This document shows, piece by piece, positions 29,766 through 39,312 of a stretch of 64,000 nt of DNA. How positions within the stretch are numbered: the first letter of the stretch is position 1; each line of letters starts with the position of its first letter. Made by a program: the position numbers and the translations under genes. Source of the DNA: Candidatus Omnitrophota bacterium (lineage in GTDB: Bacteria > Omnitrophota > Gorgyraeia > B26-G9); NCBI GenBank assembly GCA_043814605.1, contig JBDRJV010000037.1, positions 163,902 to 227,901 of the forward strand, read 5' to 3'. Below the pieces are notes generated by a model. The model saw only the letters and a list, made by a program, of their open reading frames with translations, searched no databases and had not been told where the DNA came from.

Positions 29766-31256
29766 ATGCTGATTCAAAATATGCTGAAAAACAGTGCAAA
29801 AAAATATCCGGATAAGATTGCGGTAAAATACGTAAAGCAGCAAATGTCTTTTTCTGAGCTTAATGTCTTTTCCGATAAATTTGCGGCTTTGCTTTTAGAA
29901 AAAGGCATAAACCAAGCGGATAGGGTAGTAATCTTTTTAGATAATTGCTGCGAGTATCTAATTGCTTATTTTGGCATTTTGAAAATAGGAGGGGTTGTTG
30001 TAGCTTTAAATAGCCAGCTTGTATCACGTGAATTGAATATTCTTTTGAAAGATTGTACGGCAAAAGTTATTATCACAGACAAAAAACATTCAAAAATAGT
30101 AACTGATGCGCAGCAATTATACGATCAAGACATTCATATTTTATTGATAGAAGATTTAAGCTTTGGGCCTGAGACTTGCAGCTTGCAGCATGTAGCTTGT
30201 CATCCTGAGGATCTAGCTATGATCATCTATACTTCCGGAACAACTGGCAAACCTAAAGGGGTAATGTTATCGCATGCTAATATTTGTGCTAATGCAGAAT
30301 CTATTGTGGCGTATTTAAAATTAACATCAGAAGATAAATGTATGGTGGTATTGCCATTTTATTATTCTTATGGGCATTCTTTACTTTCTACACATATTAA
30401 AGTTGGCGGGACATTAATCATTGATAACCGGTTTTTATACCCGAATACGGTATTAGATAATATGCTAAAAGAAGAAGTCACGGGATTTGCCGGTGTACCT
30501 TCACATTTTGCAATTTTGCTTAAGAAATCAAATCTGCGTAATTATCATTTCCCTAAATTACGTTATGTAACTCAAGCCGGAGGAGCAATGCCCGCGGCTT
30601 TAATTAAGGAATTTTGTAAGATTTTAGCTAATGTTAATTTTTATGTTATGTATGGACAAACCGAAGCTACAGCCAGGCTTAGCTATTTAGAAGCGGATTT
30701 ATTGGGAAAAAAAATGGGCTCAATTGGTAAAGCAATTCCCGGAGTAAATTTGAAGGTTTTAAATCAAGAGGGTAATTCTGTAAAAATTGGCCAAATTGGA
30801 GAAATTGTTGCCCAAGGGAATAATATTATGAGTGGGTATTGGAATGATAAAGAAGAAACAGACAGAGTTTTAATAAACAATCAGCTTTTTACCGGTGATT
30901 TGGCACGTCTGGATAAAGATGGATTTTTGTATCTTATTAGCCGCAAAAAGGATATGATTAAAAGCGGGGCAAATCGGATCAGTCCTTTAGAAATAGAGGA
31001 TGTTGTGGCAAGCATTCCGGGAATAATTGAGTGTGCGGCAGTGGGTATTCCGGATGAAATTTTAGGAGAGGCAATCTGTTTGTTTGTGGTAGCGGAAAAG
31101 ATCGATAAACAGCAAATCCTTATGCACTGTAAAAAGAATCTGGCTTTTTATAAAATACCGAAAATAATTGAATTTATTGATGTGTTGCCGAAAACAGCGA
31201 GCGGTAAGGTAAAGAGAGAAGAACTTAAGGAAATGATAAACACTGAGAAATATTAG
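29766..31256 (+). CDS. AMP-dependent synthetase/ligase (acyl-CoA / acyl-carrier-protein ligase)
   Basis: AMP-binding motif IIYTSGTTGKPKGV. GYGQTE and C-terminal GK motifs. 496 aa. Confidence 0.8.
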   Translation: MLIQNMLKNSAKKYPDKIAVKYVKQQMSFSELNVFSDKFAALLLEKGINQADRVVIFLDNCCEYLIAYFGILKIGGVVVALNSQLVSRELNILLKDCTAKVIITDKKHSKIVTDAQQLYDQDIHILLIEDLSFGPETCSLQHVACHPEDLAMIIYTSGTTGKPKGVMLSHANICANAESIVAYLKLTSEDKCMVVLPFYYSYGHSLLSTHIKVGGTLIIDNRFLYPNTVLDNMLKEEVTGFAGVPSHFAILLKKSNLRNYHFPKLRYVTQAGGAMPAALIKEFCKILANVNFYVMYGQTEATARLSYLEADLLGKKMGSIGKAIPGVNLKVLNQEGNSVKIGQIGEIVAQGNNIMSGYWNDKEETDRVLINNQLFTGDLARLDKDGFLYLISRKKDMIKSGANRISPLEIEDVVASIPGIIECAAVGIPDEILGEAICLFVVAEKIDKQQILMHCKKNLAFYKIPKIIEFIDVLPKTASGKVKREELKEMINTEKY

Positions 31257-31457
31257 GTCAAAAAGGTTAGCGGTTACGATGCCCGTATCGGTTCAAAAAG
31301 GCAACGGTAACGGCTTGAAGCAGAAAAGATAGAAGCAAAAAGCAGATTTAAATAGCTCGTAAGCATGGAAAGCATGCTTAGGTTGTGGGAAAAGGTAAGC
31401 GGTAACGCAGCCCCTACCACAATGCTTGGCGGGCAGGCGTATCGGTTAAAGAGGTAA

Positions 31458-31781
31458 ATGAAAGAAATAGTTTCTAAAATGCCGGACTGTGAAAAATTTG
31501 ATTTGACAGATTAATTGCGACGTTCAAGTAAAGCGATTCCTTGTTTAATTGCTGAAGGATACGCAAAGAAGCATCAGAAGGCTGGATTTCAGAAATACAT
31601 AGACGATGCTATGGCAGAGAGCAATGAGACAGGAGTTAGTCTAAGCCAAGCACGTGATATTTATGGTAATTATGTTGATTTAAAACTTTGCGAAAAATTG
31701 ATTGATGAATATGACAAAATAGGCAGGCAACTATACAATCTTGGAGTTGCTTGGAATGATTTTAAGAGCCGTAACCGATAA
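31458..31781 (+). pseudogene. degenerate four-helix-bundle (IVS/Avd-like) gene: N-terminally shortened, with an in-frame TAA at a conserved Gln position
   Basis: MPDCEKFDLTD*LRRSSKAIPCLIAEGYA aligns to the family consensus [27 protein letters not shown], with the stop at the Q position. The first helix is missing. Confidence 0.6.
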
Positions 31782-31841
31782 ACGTTAGACGAAACGGGCA
31801 TCTTAACCGTCAAACGACAGACGTTTTCAAAGGAGCAAATT

Positions 31842-32837
31842 ATGCGAAGATGTACCAAATGTATTTTACCCGAAACTTTTCCGAACATCAGCTTTGATGA
31901 AGCGGGCGTGTGTAATTATTGCTCTAAATTTAAAGGAACTAAACAGCTTAAAGAAGATAAAGCAGTTTATTTTCAAAAGTTTAAAGATTTAATTGCTCAG
32001 GTAAAAGACACTGCGGATTATGACTGTACTTTATCATATTCCGGAGGCAAAGACAGCTCATACACGCTTTATTTATTAAAGGAAGTGTTTGGATTGAAAG
32101 TTTTAGCTTTAGTTTTAGATAACGGTTTTATTTCTGAGCAGGCTTTAAATAATATAAATACTGTTACTCATAAATTAGGTATAGATTGTAAAATTATAAA
32201 GCCGAATTTTGAAGTATTAAAAAAGATATTCAGACATGCGGTAGCTCATCCCATGTATTCACCTAAAACTTTAGAGCGTGCCAGTACTATTTGTACTTCT
32301 TGCATTGGATTGGTTAAATTTATTTTTCTTAAAATTGCGCTTGAGAAAAAAATTCCCCTTATGGCTTGGGGCTGGTCTCCGGGGCAGGCGCCGCTAAGAA
32401 GCAGTATTATGAAAATCAATCCGGCGATGTTTAAGTCAACTCAGGAAGTGCTGCGTAAGCCAATGCAGGAGGTTGTTGGGGACCAAATAAATGAATATTT
32501 CCTTACTCAGGATCAGTTTCAGGATAAAGATATTTTTCCCACGAATGTAAGCCCATTGGCTTTTATGGATTATGATGAAGAAAAAATTATTGAAAAGATT
32601 AAAGAACTTGGCTGGGTAGCGCCTGAGGATGTGGACAGCAATTCCACAAATTGTTTGCTCAACTCGTTTTCCAATAAAATTCATATTGACCGCTATGGTT
32701 TTCATCCTTATGCTTTTGAAATTGCAGAAATGGTTAGAACCGGGGTGATGACCCGGACAGAAGGACTGAAAAAGATAGAAAATGTGGGAGTGGATGCAAC
32801 AATTGAATATGCGAAGGAAAAATTGGGTATAAAATAA
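31842..32837 (+). CDS. N-acetyl-sugar amidotransferase (WbuX-like PP-loop ATPase with N-terminal zinc ribbon)
   Basis: CTKCILPETFPNISFDEAGVCNYC zinc ribbon. PP-loop SYSGGKDSS. 331 aa. This architecture is typical of the LPS N-acetyl-sugar amidotransferase family. Confidence 0.65.
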   Translation: MRRCTKCILPETFPNISFDEAGVCNYCSKFKGTKQLKEDKAVYFQKFKDLIAQVKDTADYDCTLSYSGGKDSSYTLYLLKEVFGLKVLALVLDNGFISEQALNNINTVTHKLGIDCKIIKPNFEVLKKIFRHAVAHPMYSPKTLERASTICTSCIGLVKFIFLKIALEKKIPLMAWGWSPGQAPLRSSIMKINPAMFKSTQEVLRKPMQEVVGDQINEYFLTQDQFQDKDIFPTNVSPLAFMDYDEEKIIEKIKELGWVAPEDVDSNSTNCLLNSFSNKIHIDRYGFHPYAFEIAEMVRTGVMTRTEGLKKIENVGVDATIEYAKEKLGIK

Positions 32838-33390
32838 TTATGAATTACGAATTACGAGTGACAAGTGACGAACGATAAATTATAAGTTCTAAAATCTAAA
32901 AGCTAAAAATAAAGATAAAACACAAAAATTATAAAAATAAATTAAAAAAGTAAAAATCAAAGAAATAAAAAGTTAATTATTAATTGTGAATTTAAGGTTA
33001 AGGCTGAAATGGCTAGTGAAAATAATATTGTTGATAGAAGCTATAAGTTTGCTTTAGAAATTATAAAACTAGTTAATTTGTTGCCAAAGAGTACTAGTGG
33101 TGCTGTTATAGGTAATCAGATCATGAAATCAGGGACATCTATTGGCGCAAATGTTGAGGAAGCACAAGGAGCATCAAGCAAAAAAGATTTTACTAATAAA
33201 ATGTCAATATCTAAAAAGGAAGCAAGAGAAACAAAATATTGGCTTAGATTAATTAAAGATTCAGAAATTTTAAATATTACACAAGTAAAAAGCTTACTTA
33301 ATGAATGTGATTCGCTGGTAAATATACTAACAGCTATTGTAAAAACATCCAAGATGAACTCATAATTCTTAATTTATAATTTGTAATTGC
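32838..33390 (+). mobile_element. Cassette copy C (shorter leader + four-helix-bundle gene + short tail)
   Basis: The leader starts 'ttatgaattacgaattacgagtgacaagtgacga', which relates to the copy A/B leaders. The tail is 'taatttataatttgtaatt'. Confidence 0.4.
33009..33365 (+). CDS. four-helix-bundle protein (23S rRNA IVS protein family, Avd-like), copy C
   Basis: 118 aa. About 85% identical to copies A/B. Confidence 0.8.
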   Translation: MASENNIVDRSYKFALEIIKLVNLLPKSTSGAVIGNQIMKSGTSIGANVEEAQGASSKKDFTNKMSISKKEARETKYWLRLIKDSEILNITQVKSLLNECDSLVNILTAIVKTSKMNS

Positions 33391-33402
33391 TTGGGAGGCG
33401 CG

Positions 33403-34362
33403 ATGGAGTTTAACAAAGATATCCTAAAAATTGATCGTGAAAAAGAAGCTAACCGTATTTGTGAGTTTTTAAAGCTACAGGTTAGGGAAATGCATAAAGA
33501 CGGAATTGTCATTGGGATTAGCGGCGGAGTGGATTCTGCTTTATCCGCAGCACTAAGTGTAAAGGCATTTGGTCCGGATAAAGTATTGGGATTGATTCTT
33601 CCGGAGCGTGAATCAAATCCGGTAAGTGCGGAATATGCAAAAAAACATGCGGATAAATTAGGGATTAAAACTCAAACGATTGATATTACCCCGGTTTTAG
33701 AGTCCATCGGATCATATAGCAAAAGGGATGAAGCAATTAAAACCGTATTTCCTGAATATGATAAAACCTATAAATCAAAAATTGTTTTACCAGCTGATTT
33801 ATTAGCTAAAGATGCGTACAATTTTTTTACGCTGGTAATTATAGATAAAGATGGTAACGAACAAAAGGCGCGCCTTAATAAAGCAACGCTGAATCAAATT
33901 GTTGCGGCAACAAATACAAAACACCGCACCCGGATGATGCAGCTTTATTATTTTGCGGAAAAGATGAACGCGCTTGTTTGTGGGACGACAAATAAAACTG
34001 AAGCGCTGGAAGGTGATTTTGTTAAATACGGTGATGGCGGTGTGGATATTGAACCTCTGGCGCATTTATATAAAACTCAAGTGTATCAGATCGCCGGACA
34101 TTTAGGAGTAATACAGGAGATTATTGACAGAGCTCCTAGCCCGGATACTTTTAGTGACCCTGTGAGTGATCAGGAATTTTATTTTCGTATTCCATTTGAT
34201 ATTCTTGATTTATTGCTTTATGCCTGGGAAAACAAAGTGAGTATTGAAAAAGTATGTCAAGTGATGCAGCTTGAAGAAAAACAGGTAAACCGCGCGTTCA
34301 GAGATTTTTCCGGAAAGTTTAATACAACAAAGCATTTAAGGGAAATGCCGGCAATGGTGTAA
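33403..34362 (+). CDS. nadE: NAD+ synthetase-like PP-loop ATP pyrophosphatase
   Basis: PP-loop GISGGVDSALSAAL. Later block GTTNKTEALEGDFVKYGDGGVDIEPLAHLYKTQV, typical of NadE. The ORF track starts at an upstream TTG (33391). The ATG at 33403 has a GGGAGG RBS. Confidence 0.65.
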   Translation: MEFNKDILKIDREKEANRICEFLKLQVREMHKDGIVIGISGGVDSALSAALSVKAFGPDKVLGLILPERESNPVSAEYAKKHADKLGIKTQTIDITPVLESIGSYSKRDEAIKTVFPEYDKTYKSKIVLPADLLAKDAYNFFTLVIIDKDGNEQKARLNKATLNQIVAATNTKHRTRMMQLYYFAEKMNALVCGTTNKTEALEGDFVKYGDGGVDIEPLAHLYKTQVYQIAGHLGVIQEIIDRAPSPDTFSDPVSDQEFYFRIPFDILDLLLYAWENKVSIEKVCQVMQLEEKQVNRAFRDFSGKFNTTKHLREMPAMV

Positions 34363-34467
34363 AGTATTGAGTATTGTGTAATGCGTATTGCGTGGAAAAG
34401 CAGATTTAGCTTGCAGCCTGTGAGTTGCGGCTTGTTTAGTTTGTCAATAGTGCAGACTTTTTGTATT

Positions 34468-34527
34468 ATTTGTGCATAAAAATATGTTGTTTTGTGCATA
34501 AAATTATGATATATTTGTGCATGGAGG
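34468..34527 (+). promoter_or_regulatory. three direct repeats of TTTGTGCAT(A/G) spaced about 20 bp apart, upstream of the AAA ATPase gene
   Basis: The copies begin near 34470, 34494 and 34518. Read directly in the sequence. Confidence 0.3.
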
Positions 34528-34538
34528 TGAGCCTTTGA

Positions 34539-35762
34539 ATGAAATATATTTCAAGATGGATAGAAACTAAAATTAAAGCAGTGCTTGAGTCTCATCCGGT
34601 GATTATTCTAACAGGCCCTAGACAGGTAGGGAAAAGCACATTATTGGAATACGCGGATTTTTTAACAGATTGGCGCTATATCACATTGGATGATCCTGAC
34701 GCATTAGAGCAGGCAAAAGAAGATCCGAAAGGTTTATTATGGGAAGACATCCCCACAATTATTGATGAGGCGCAGCGGTGTCCTCAGCTTCTATTAACTG
34801 TTAAATATCTTGTTGATAAGTCAAGAGGGGCCAGAAAGTTTATTCTTTCCGGTTCCGGGAATATCTCATTAAGACAGACGCCCAGAGAAACATTGGCAGG
34901 CAGAGCAAAGTATTTACATTTAACGGGATTTGCTTATAGAGAATTAAAAGGCCTTTCTGCAAGTGATGGCATTCTTGAAAGAGTCTGGACTGGGCAGGAA
35001 ATTGAAGCCAATAATATTAAATCCTTATTTGCTTTAGAGCCTACTGTCTGGAGAGGATGTTTGCCGGCGGTTGTGTTGGCAAAAAATGATACTATTGCTG
35101 TTGAACGGCTAAGCGGCTATATCGATACTTACATTCAACGCGATATTCAGGATTTAGTTAAAGTGCGGTACCCAGAACATTTTCGCCGTTTAATGGAGTC
35201 TCTCTCTCAGGCGACGGGCTGGGAATCCGTGCAGGAAGAACTGTCAAAAAGCTGCGGTGAAACGCGTACGAATGTGAGCCGGTATATTAGCTTGCTTAAA
35301 GATACAAATCTTTTATACGATTTGAAAGGATACGTTTATAAGGGGGAGAGATCTTATAAACAGTCAAAATATTATTGGTTTGATACAGGATCGGCATGTT
35401 TTTTGGCTGGTATTCATTCCCCTGCTGAACTGAAAAAGCCTCATGTTAAAGGCCGGTATTTTGAAAACTTTATTTTACAACAGATTTTGTCATGGGCATC
35501 CTTACAGCTTATTACGCCGGAAATATTTTACTGGAAACCGAAAACCCAGGATATTGAAGTTGATTTTGTCATTGCAGCCGCTGGTAAAGCTATTGGCATA
35601 GAGGTTAAATCATCCGAGAAGCTCACCTTTGGTGATACAAAGCAGATGCGTAAATTTCTCAAATTTCATCCGAAGATTTTAAAGGGGATTATTGTTTACG
35701 CGGGAAATAAGGTTTATCCGGTGGCATCGAATATTCTGGCTGTTCCATGGTTAGCACTTTGA
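34539..35762 (+). CDS. AAA-family ATPase with C-terminal DUF4143-like domain
   Basis: P-loop ILTGPRQVGKST. About 400 aa. The architecture matches the AAA_14/DUF4143 ATP-binding protein family. Confidence 0.6.
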   Translation: MKYISRWIETKIKAVLESHPVIILTGPRQVGKSTLLEYADFLTDWRYITLDDPDALEQAKEDPKGLLWEDIPTIIDEAQRCPQLLLTVKYLVDKSRGARKFILSGSGNISLRQTPRETLAGRAKYLHLTGFAYRELKGLSASDGILERVWTGQEIEANNIKSLFALEPTVWRGCLPAVVLAKNDTIAVERLSGYIDTYIQRDIQDLVKVRYPEHFRRLMESLSQATGWESVQEELSKSCGETRTNVSRYISLLKDTNLLYDLKGYVYKGERSYKQSKYYWFDTGSACFLAGIHSPAELKKPHVKGRYFENFILQQILSWASLQLITPEIFYWKPKTQDIEVDFVIAAAGKAIGIEVKSSEKLTFGDTKQMRKFLKFHPKILKGIIVYAGNKVYPVASNILAVPWLAL

Positions 35763-35925
35763 TTAGCGATAAGGGACGGGTTGTTTGGGAGCTAAAGAAA
35801 CAAGGTTATTGTGGTGAGTTGAATTAGTTTGTCAATAGTTCAGACCTGGCCCCGCTACTTACTTACATTTAGTTTTTGCTAAACGCTAGCCGCTGAACGC
35901 GATACGCTAATGAAGGAGAGTACCC

Positions 35926-36759
35926 ATGAAACTAAAAATACCTTTAATTATATCAGTGTTTATCATCATTATTGCATCTGTGTCTATCAACGTTTTGAAC
36001 TGTATAGGAGGAGAAATGAATAATTTAGTAGGAAAAACCTCAGAATTAAAAGAAGTATCCCCAGAACAATGGAAAAAATTAGCAAGTAAAAAAATATATT
36101 TTGGGCATCAATCTGTAGGATTTAATATTATTTCAGGACTTGAAGATATCCTCGAGCGAATTCCTAATATGGGATTAATGATAAAAGAAACTAAACAAAA
36201 CAATGATTTTAGTAATCCCGTTTTTGCGCATTCAAAAATTGGCAAAAATAAAGATCCTATTTCAAAATTGGATGATTTTAAAGCGATTATGGACAGTGGC
36301 GTAGGAGCGCAGGTGGATATTGCGTTTTTTAAATTTTGCTTTGTTGATGTTATTGAGGATACTGATATAAATCAGGTTTTTCAGCATTATTGTCAAACAT
36401 TTGAATATCTTGAGAATAAATATCCTCAAACAACCTTTATTCACTTTACGGTTCCCTTGATGACAAAAAATACTGGGATAAAAGCAAATATTTTAAGATT
36501 AATAGGAAAAAAAATTTGGGGTGATGCGGATAATAAAAAGCGCAATGAATTTAATGCGTTATTACAGAATAAATATGGAAAGAATATTAATTTTTTTAAT
36601 CTGGCAAAATTTCAAGCAACAGCTAAAGGACAAGCAGAACTTAAAAGTGATGAGTATTATTTGCTTAAAGAATATACAGATGATGGTGGCCATTTGAATG
36701 GCAAAGGCAGAGTTCGGATTGCTAAAAAATTATTGTTACTTTTGATTGATATCGAATAA
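35926..36759 (+). CDS. hypothetical secreted protein; possible SGNH-like esterase features
   Basis: Signal peptide. Early GHQSVG and late DDGGHLNG loosely resemble the SGNH block I and the block V DxxH. Confidence 0.3.
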   Translation: MKLKIPLIISVFIIIIASVSINVLNCIGGEMNNLVGKTSELKEVSPEQWKKLASKKIYFGHQSVGFNIISGLEDILERIPNMGLMIKETKQNNDFSNPVFAHSKIGKNKDPISKLDDFKAIMDSGVGAQVDIAFFKFCFVDVIEDTDINQVFQHYCQTFEYLENKYPQTTFIHFTVPLMTKNTGIKANILRLIGKKIWGDADNKKRNEFNALLQNKYGKNINFFNLAKFQATAKGQAELKSDEYYLLKEYTDDGGHLNGKGRVRIAKKLLLLLIDIE

Positions 36760-36795
36760 ACAAATATTTAAAGGAAATTATAATTTGAGGTAAAA

Positions 36796-37365
36796 ATGTT
36801 TAACACTGTAAAAAAAGATATTCAAAAATATATTGCAACCGATGATGTTAAAGGTATAGGAGCAAAAATATATTTATTTGCATTTAACTATTCCTTATGG
36901 GTGATTATCAGCTATCGCTTCGGTAGATGGGTACGATATAACTTTAAAATTCCAATATTAAAGCAAATTTTAAAAATAATCACTAAGATTTTACATGAAA
37001 TTTTAGGAATGATAACTGGTATTCAAATTCAATTTGAAACCAAAATTGGTTCAGGTCTTTACATTGGGCATACGGGTTTTTTAATCATTAATTCCGGTGC
37101 GGTGATTGGTGAGAATTGCAATTTGGGTGTGGGAGTTGTTATTGGTCAAGGGGGTCGAGGTCCCCAAAAAGGATGTCCGGATATCGGAGATAATGTTTTT
37201 ATTGGTGTGGGAGCAAAAGTAATTGGAAAAATCAAAATAGGTAATTGTGTCGCAATTGGTGCTAATGCTGTGGTGACAAAGGACATTCCGGAAAATGCAA
37301 CAGCTGTGGGCATACCAGCGAGAGTTATTAATTATTCAGGCAGCAAGGATTTTATAAAAACTTAA
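36796..37365 (+). CDS. hexapeptide-repeat (LbH) acetyltransferase, serine-O-acetyltransferase-like
   Basis: Repeated [LIV]G-x-x-x-x hexapeptides (GAVIGENCNLGVGVVIGQG ... IGDNVFIGVGAKVIGKIKIGNCVAIGANAVV). Confidence 0.75.
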   Translation: MFNTVKKDIQKYIATDDVKGIGAKIYLFAFNYSLWVIISYRFGRWVRYNFKIPILKQILKIITKILHEILGMITGIQIQFETKIGSGLYIGHTGFLIINSGAVIGENCNLGVGVVIGQGGRGPQKGCPDIGDNVFIGVGAKVIGKIKIGNCVAIGANAVVTKDIPENATAVGIPARVINYSGSKDFIKT

Positions 37366-37386
37366 AAAAAAGGAAAGAGTAAGAAA

Positions 37387-39312
37387 ATGGGAATTATCGC
37401 AGGAATTTTTTCTAAAGATAAGTTTTTTGATGACATTAAAAATGCTGTACAAAAAATGATGGAAGTTCAAAAATACCGAGATCAAACTAAACCAATTTTT
37501 GTTGCGGATGCAAATTACGCTATTAGTATGGCTAACCAACAGAATTATGTTTTTGAAAAACAGCCAGTGGATTTAAAATTAAATTTTGAATCAGAGAACA
37601 TAAAAAATACTTATGCTTTTGTGGATGGCGTTGTTTTGGATGTACCTAAACATAGAGCTTATTTTGTGCAAAAAGGTTATAAAATTAATCATAATTCTTG
37701 TTCAGCAATAGTTGCTTGTGCTTATCAGGAATGGGGTACGGATTTCATGAAATACTTAGAAGGTGAGTTTGCTTGTGTTGTTTTTGATTCAAAAGAAAAA
37801 AAAATTATTTTAGTCCGTGACCCTTACGGACATAAACCTTTGCATTATTATCATAATTCTCAAGGAATAATATTTTCATCAGAAATTAAAGGCATTTTAG
37901 CTTCGGGGATCAAACCAAAAATTGATATGTGTGCTTTAAGTGAATTTTTAAGCTTAAATTGTATTCCTTATCCGAGAACGATTTTTGAAAATATTGAGCA
38001 GGTTTGTCCAGGGAATATGGTTATTTTTTCTGATAATGGGTTGCAGGAAAAAAAATATTCAAATTTAGAGTTTAATATTAACACAACAATAGCTGAGTCA
38101 GAAGCTATTGATCTGGTTACTCAGGGAATTAAAGCTGCAGTACAAAAGCGCATTGTGGGCAATAATGTTTTTTGTTTTTTAAGCGGTGGTATTGATTCAA
38201 GCGCTTTGCTTTCTTTTGCTTCAGAATTAACTGCAAGTCCGGTTAATGCTATATCTATTGGCTTTGATGAGGCAGAAGTAAATGAGCTTGAATATGCAAA
38301 ACTTATGGCTAAGCATGTGGGAGCAAAGCATCAATATTTTATTGCGAAACCGGATTCTTTTTTTAATATGCTGAATGAATTAGTGTGGCATCATGACCAG
38401 CCGTTTACAGATACCTCGGCTTATCCGACATATTATGCGGCAAAGCTGGCACGAGGATTAACAGATGTTATTTTAACAGGAGATGGCCCGGATCAAACCA
38501 TGGGAGGCAGCGGACATCATGTTTTTGCTTTTAAAAATAATCTTTTTACAAGTCGGAATATTATTTTACAGTTAATATCCAGGTTTGGCTCAGCTATCAT
38601 CGGAATGCTGAGAAATCCGCAATCCAGGGATATCTTAAATAAGATAAGACGAAAAATGTATAGAGATTCTTTGTCCGGCGTAACCGCTGCGTATGATTTA
38701 AGGTCATTTTTCCCAGATATTATAAAAAAGCAGATTTGTTCAGAGGAGTTATGGCAGGCGCATTGTAAAAATAATCCGTATAATCATCCAGAAAAATGGT
38801 TTAAAAATGCCGGTAATGTTGATGCAATTAATAAATATTTATATGCGGATGTACAGTTTTATGTACCGGATGACTTGATGATTAAAGTTGACCGGATGTG
38901 TATGGCACACGGTTTAGAAACATTATCACCTTTTCAAGATGTTAAACTAGCCGAAATTGTTAATTCAATTCCGGGAAAATATAAAATTCACAAATCCGAT
39001 ACTGGCGAAATTACAACTAAATATATCCTGAAAGAAGTTTGCCAAAAACGATTTCCGGCAGAAATTTTAAATAAAAAGAAACAAGGATTTGGGATCCCTT
39101 TGGAAAAATGGTTAAGATCTAATAACGGCCAATATTTACGTGATATTTTATTTGATTCTAAATCACTTAACCGAGGATTTTTTAAAAAGAAATCAATCAT
39201 CAAATTTGTAAATGATTTTATTAATGAAAAAGGGGATTATTATTATCCGAGTTCCGGTGGAATCGTTGCATTATTAACCTTTGAATTATGGGCACAAAAA
39301 TATTATGATTAA
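37387..39312 (+). CDS. asparagine synthase-like PP-loop amidotransferase lacking the N-terminal Cys
   Basis: PP-loop FLSGGIDSSALLSFA. AsnB-like length (641 aa). N-terminus MGIIAGIF, compared with canonical MCGIAGIF. Confidence 0.65.
   Translation: MGIIAGIFSKDKFFDDIKNAVQKMMEVQKYRDQTKPIFVADANYAISMANQQNYVFEKQPVDLKLNFESENIKNTYAFVDGVVLDVPKHRAYFVQKGYKINHNSCSAIVACAYQEWGTDFMKYLEGEFACVVFDSKEKKIILVRDPYGHKPLHYYHNSQGIIFSSEIKGILASGIKPKIDMCALSEFLSLNCIPYPRTIFENIEQVCPGNMVIFSDNGLQEKKYSNLEFNINTTIAESEAIDLVTQGIKAAVQKRIVGNNVFCFLSGGIDSSALLSFASELTASPVNAISIGFDEAEVNELEYAKLMAKHVGAKHQYFIAKPDSFFNMLNELVWHHDQPFTDTSAYPTYYAAKLARGLTDVILTGDGPDQTMGGSGHHVFAFKNNLFTSRNIILQLISRFGSAIIGMLRNPQSRDILNKIRRKMYRDSLSGVTAAYDLRSFFPDIIKKQICSEELWQAHCKNNPYNHPEKWFKNAGNVDAINKYLYADVQFYVPDDLMIKVDRMCMAHGLETLSPFQDVKLAEIVNSIPGKYKIHKSDTGEITTKYILKEVCQKRFPAEILNKKKQGFGIPLEKWLRSNNGQYLRDILFDSKSLNRGFFKKKSIIKFVNDFINEKGDYYYPSSGGIVALLTFELWAQKYYD

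Noticed and set aside
33403-34362. NadE-like gene as a dedicated glycan amidotransferase
   Set aside because: The sequence fits housekeeping NAD+ synthetase equally well (PP-loop plus the NadE GDGG block). It is kept as NadE-like without assigning a pathway role.
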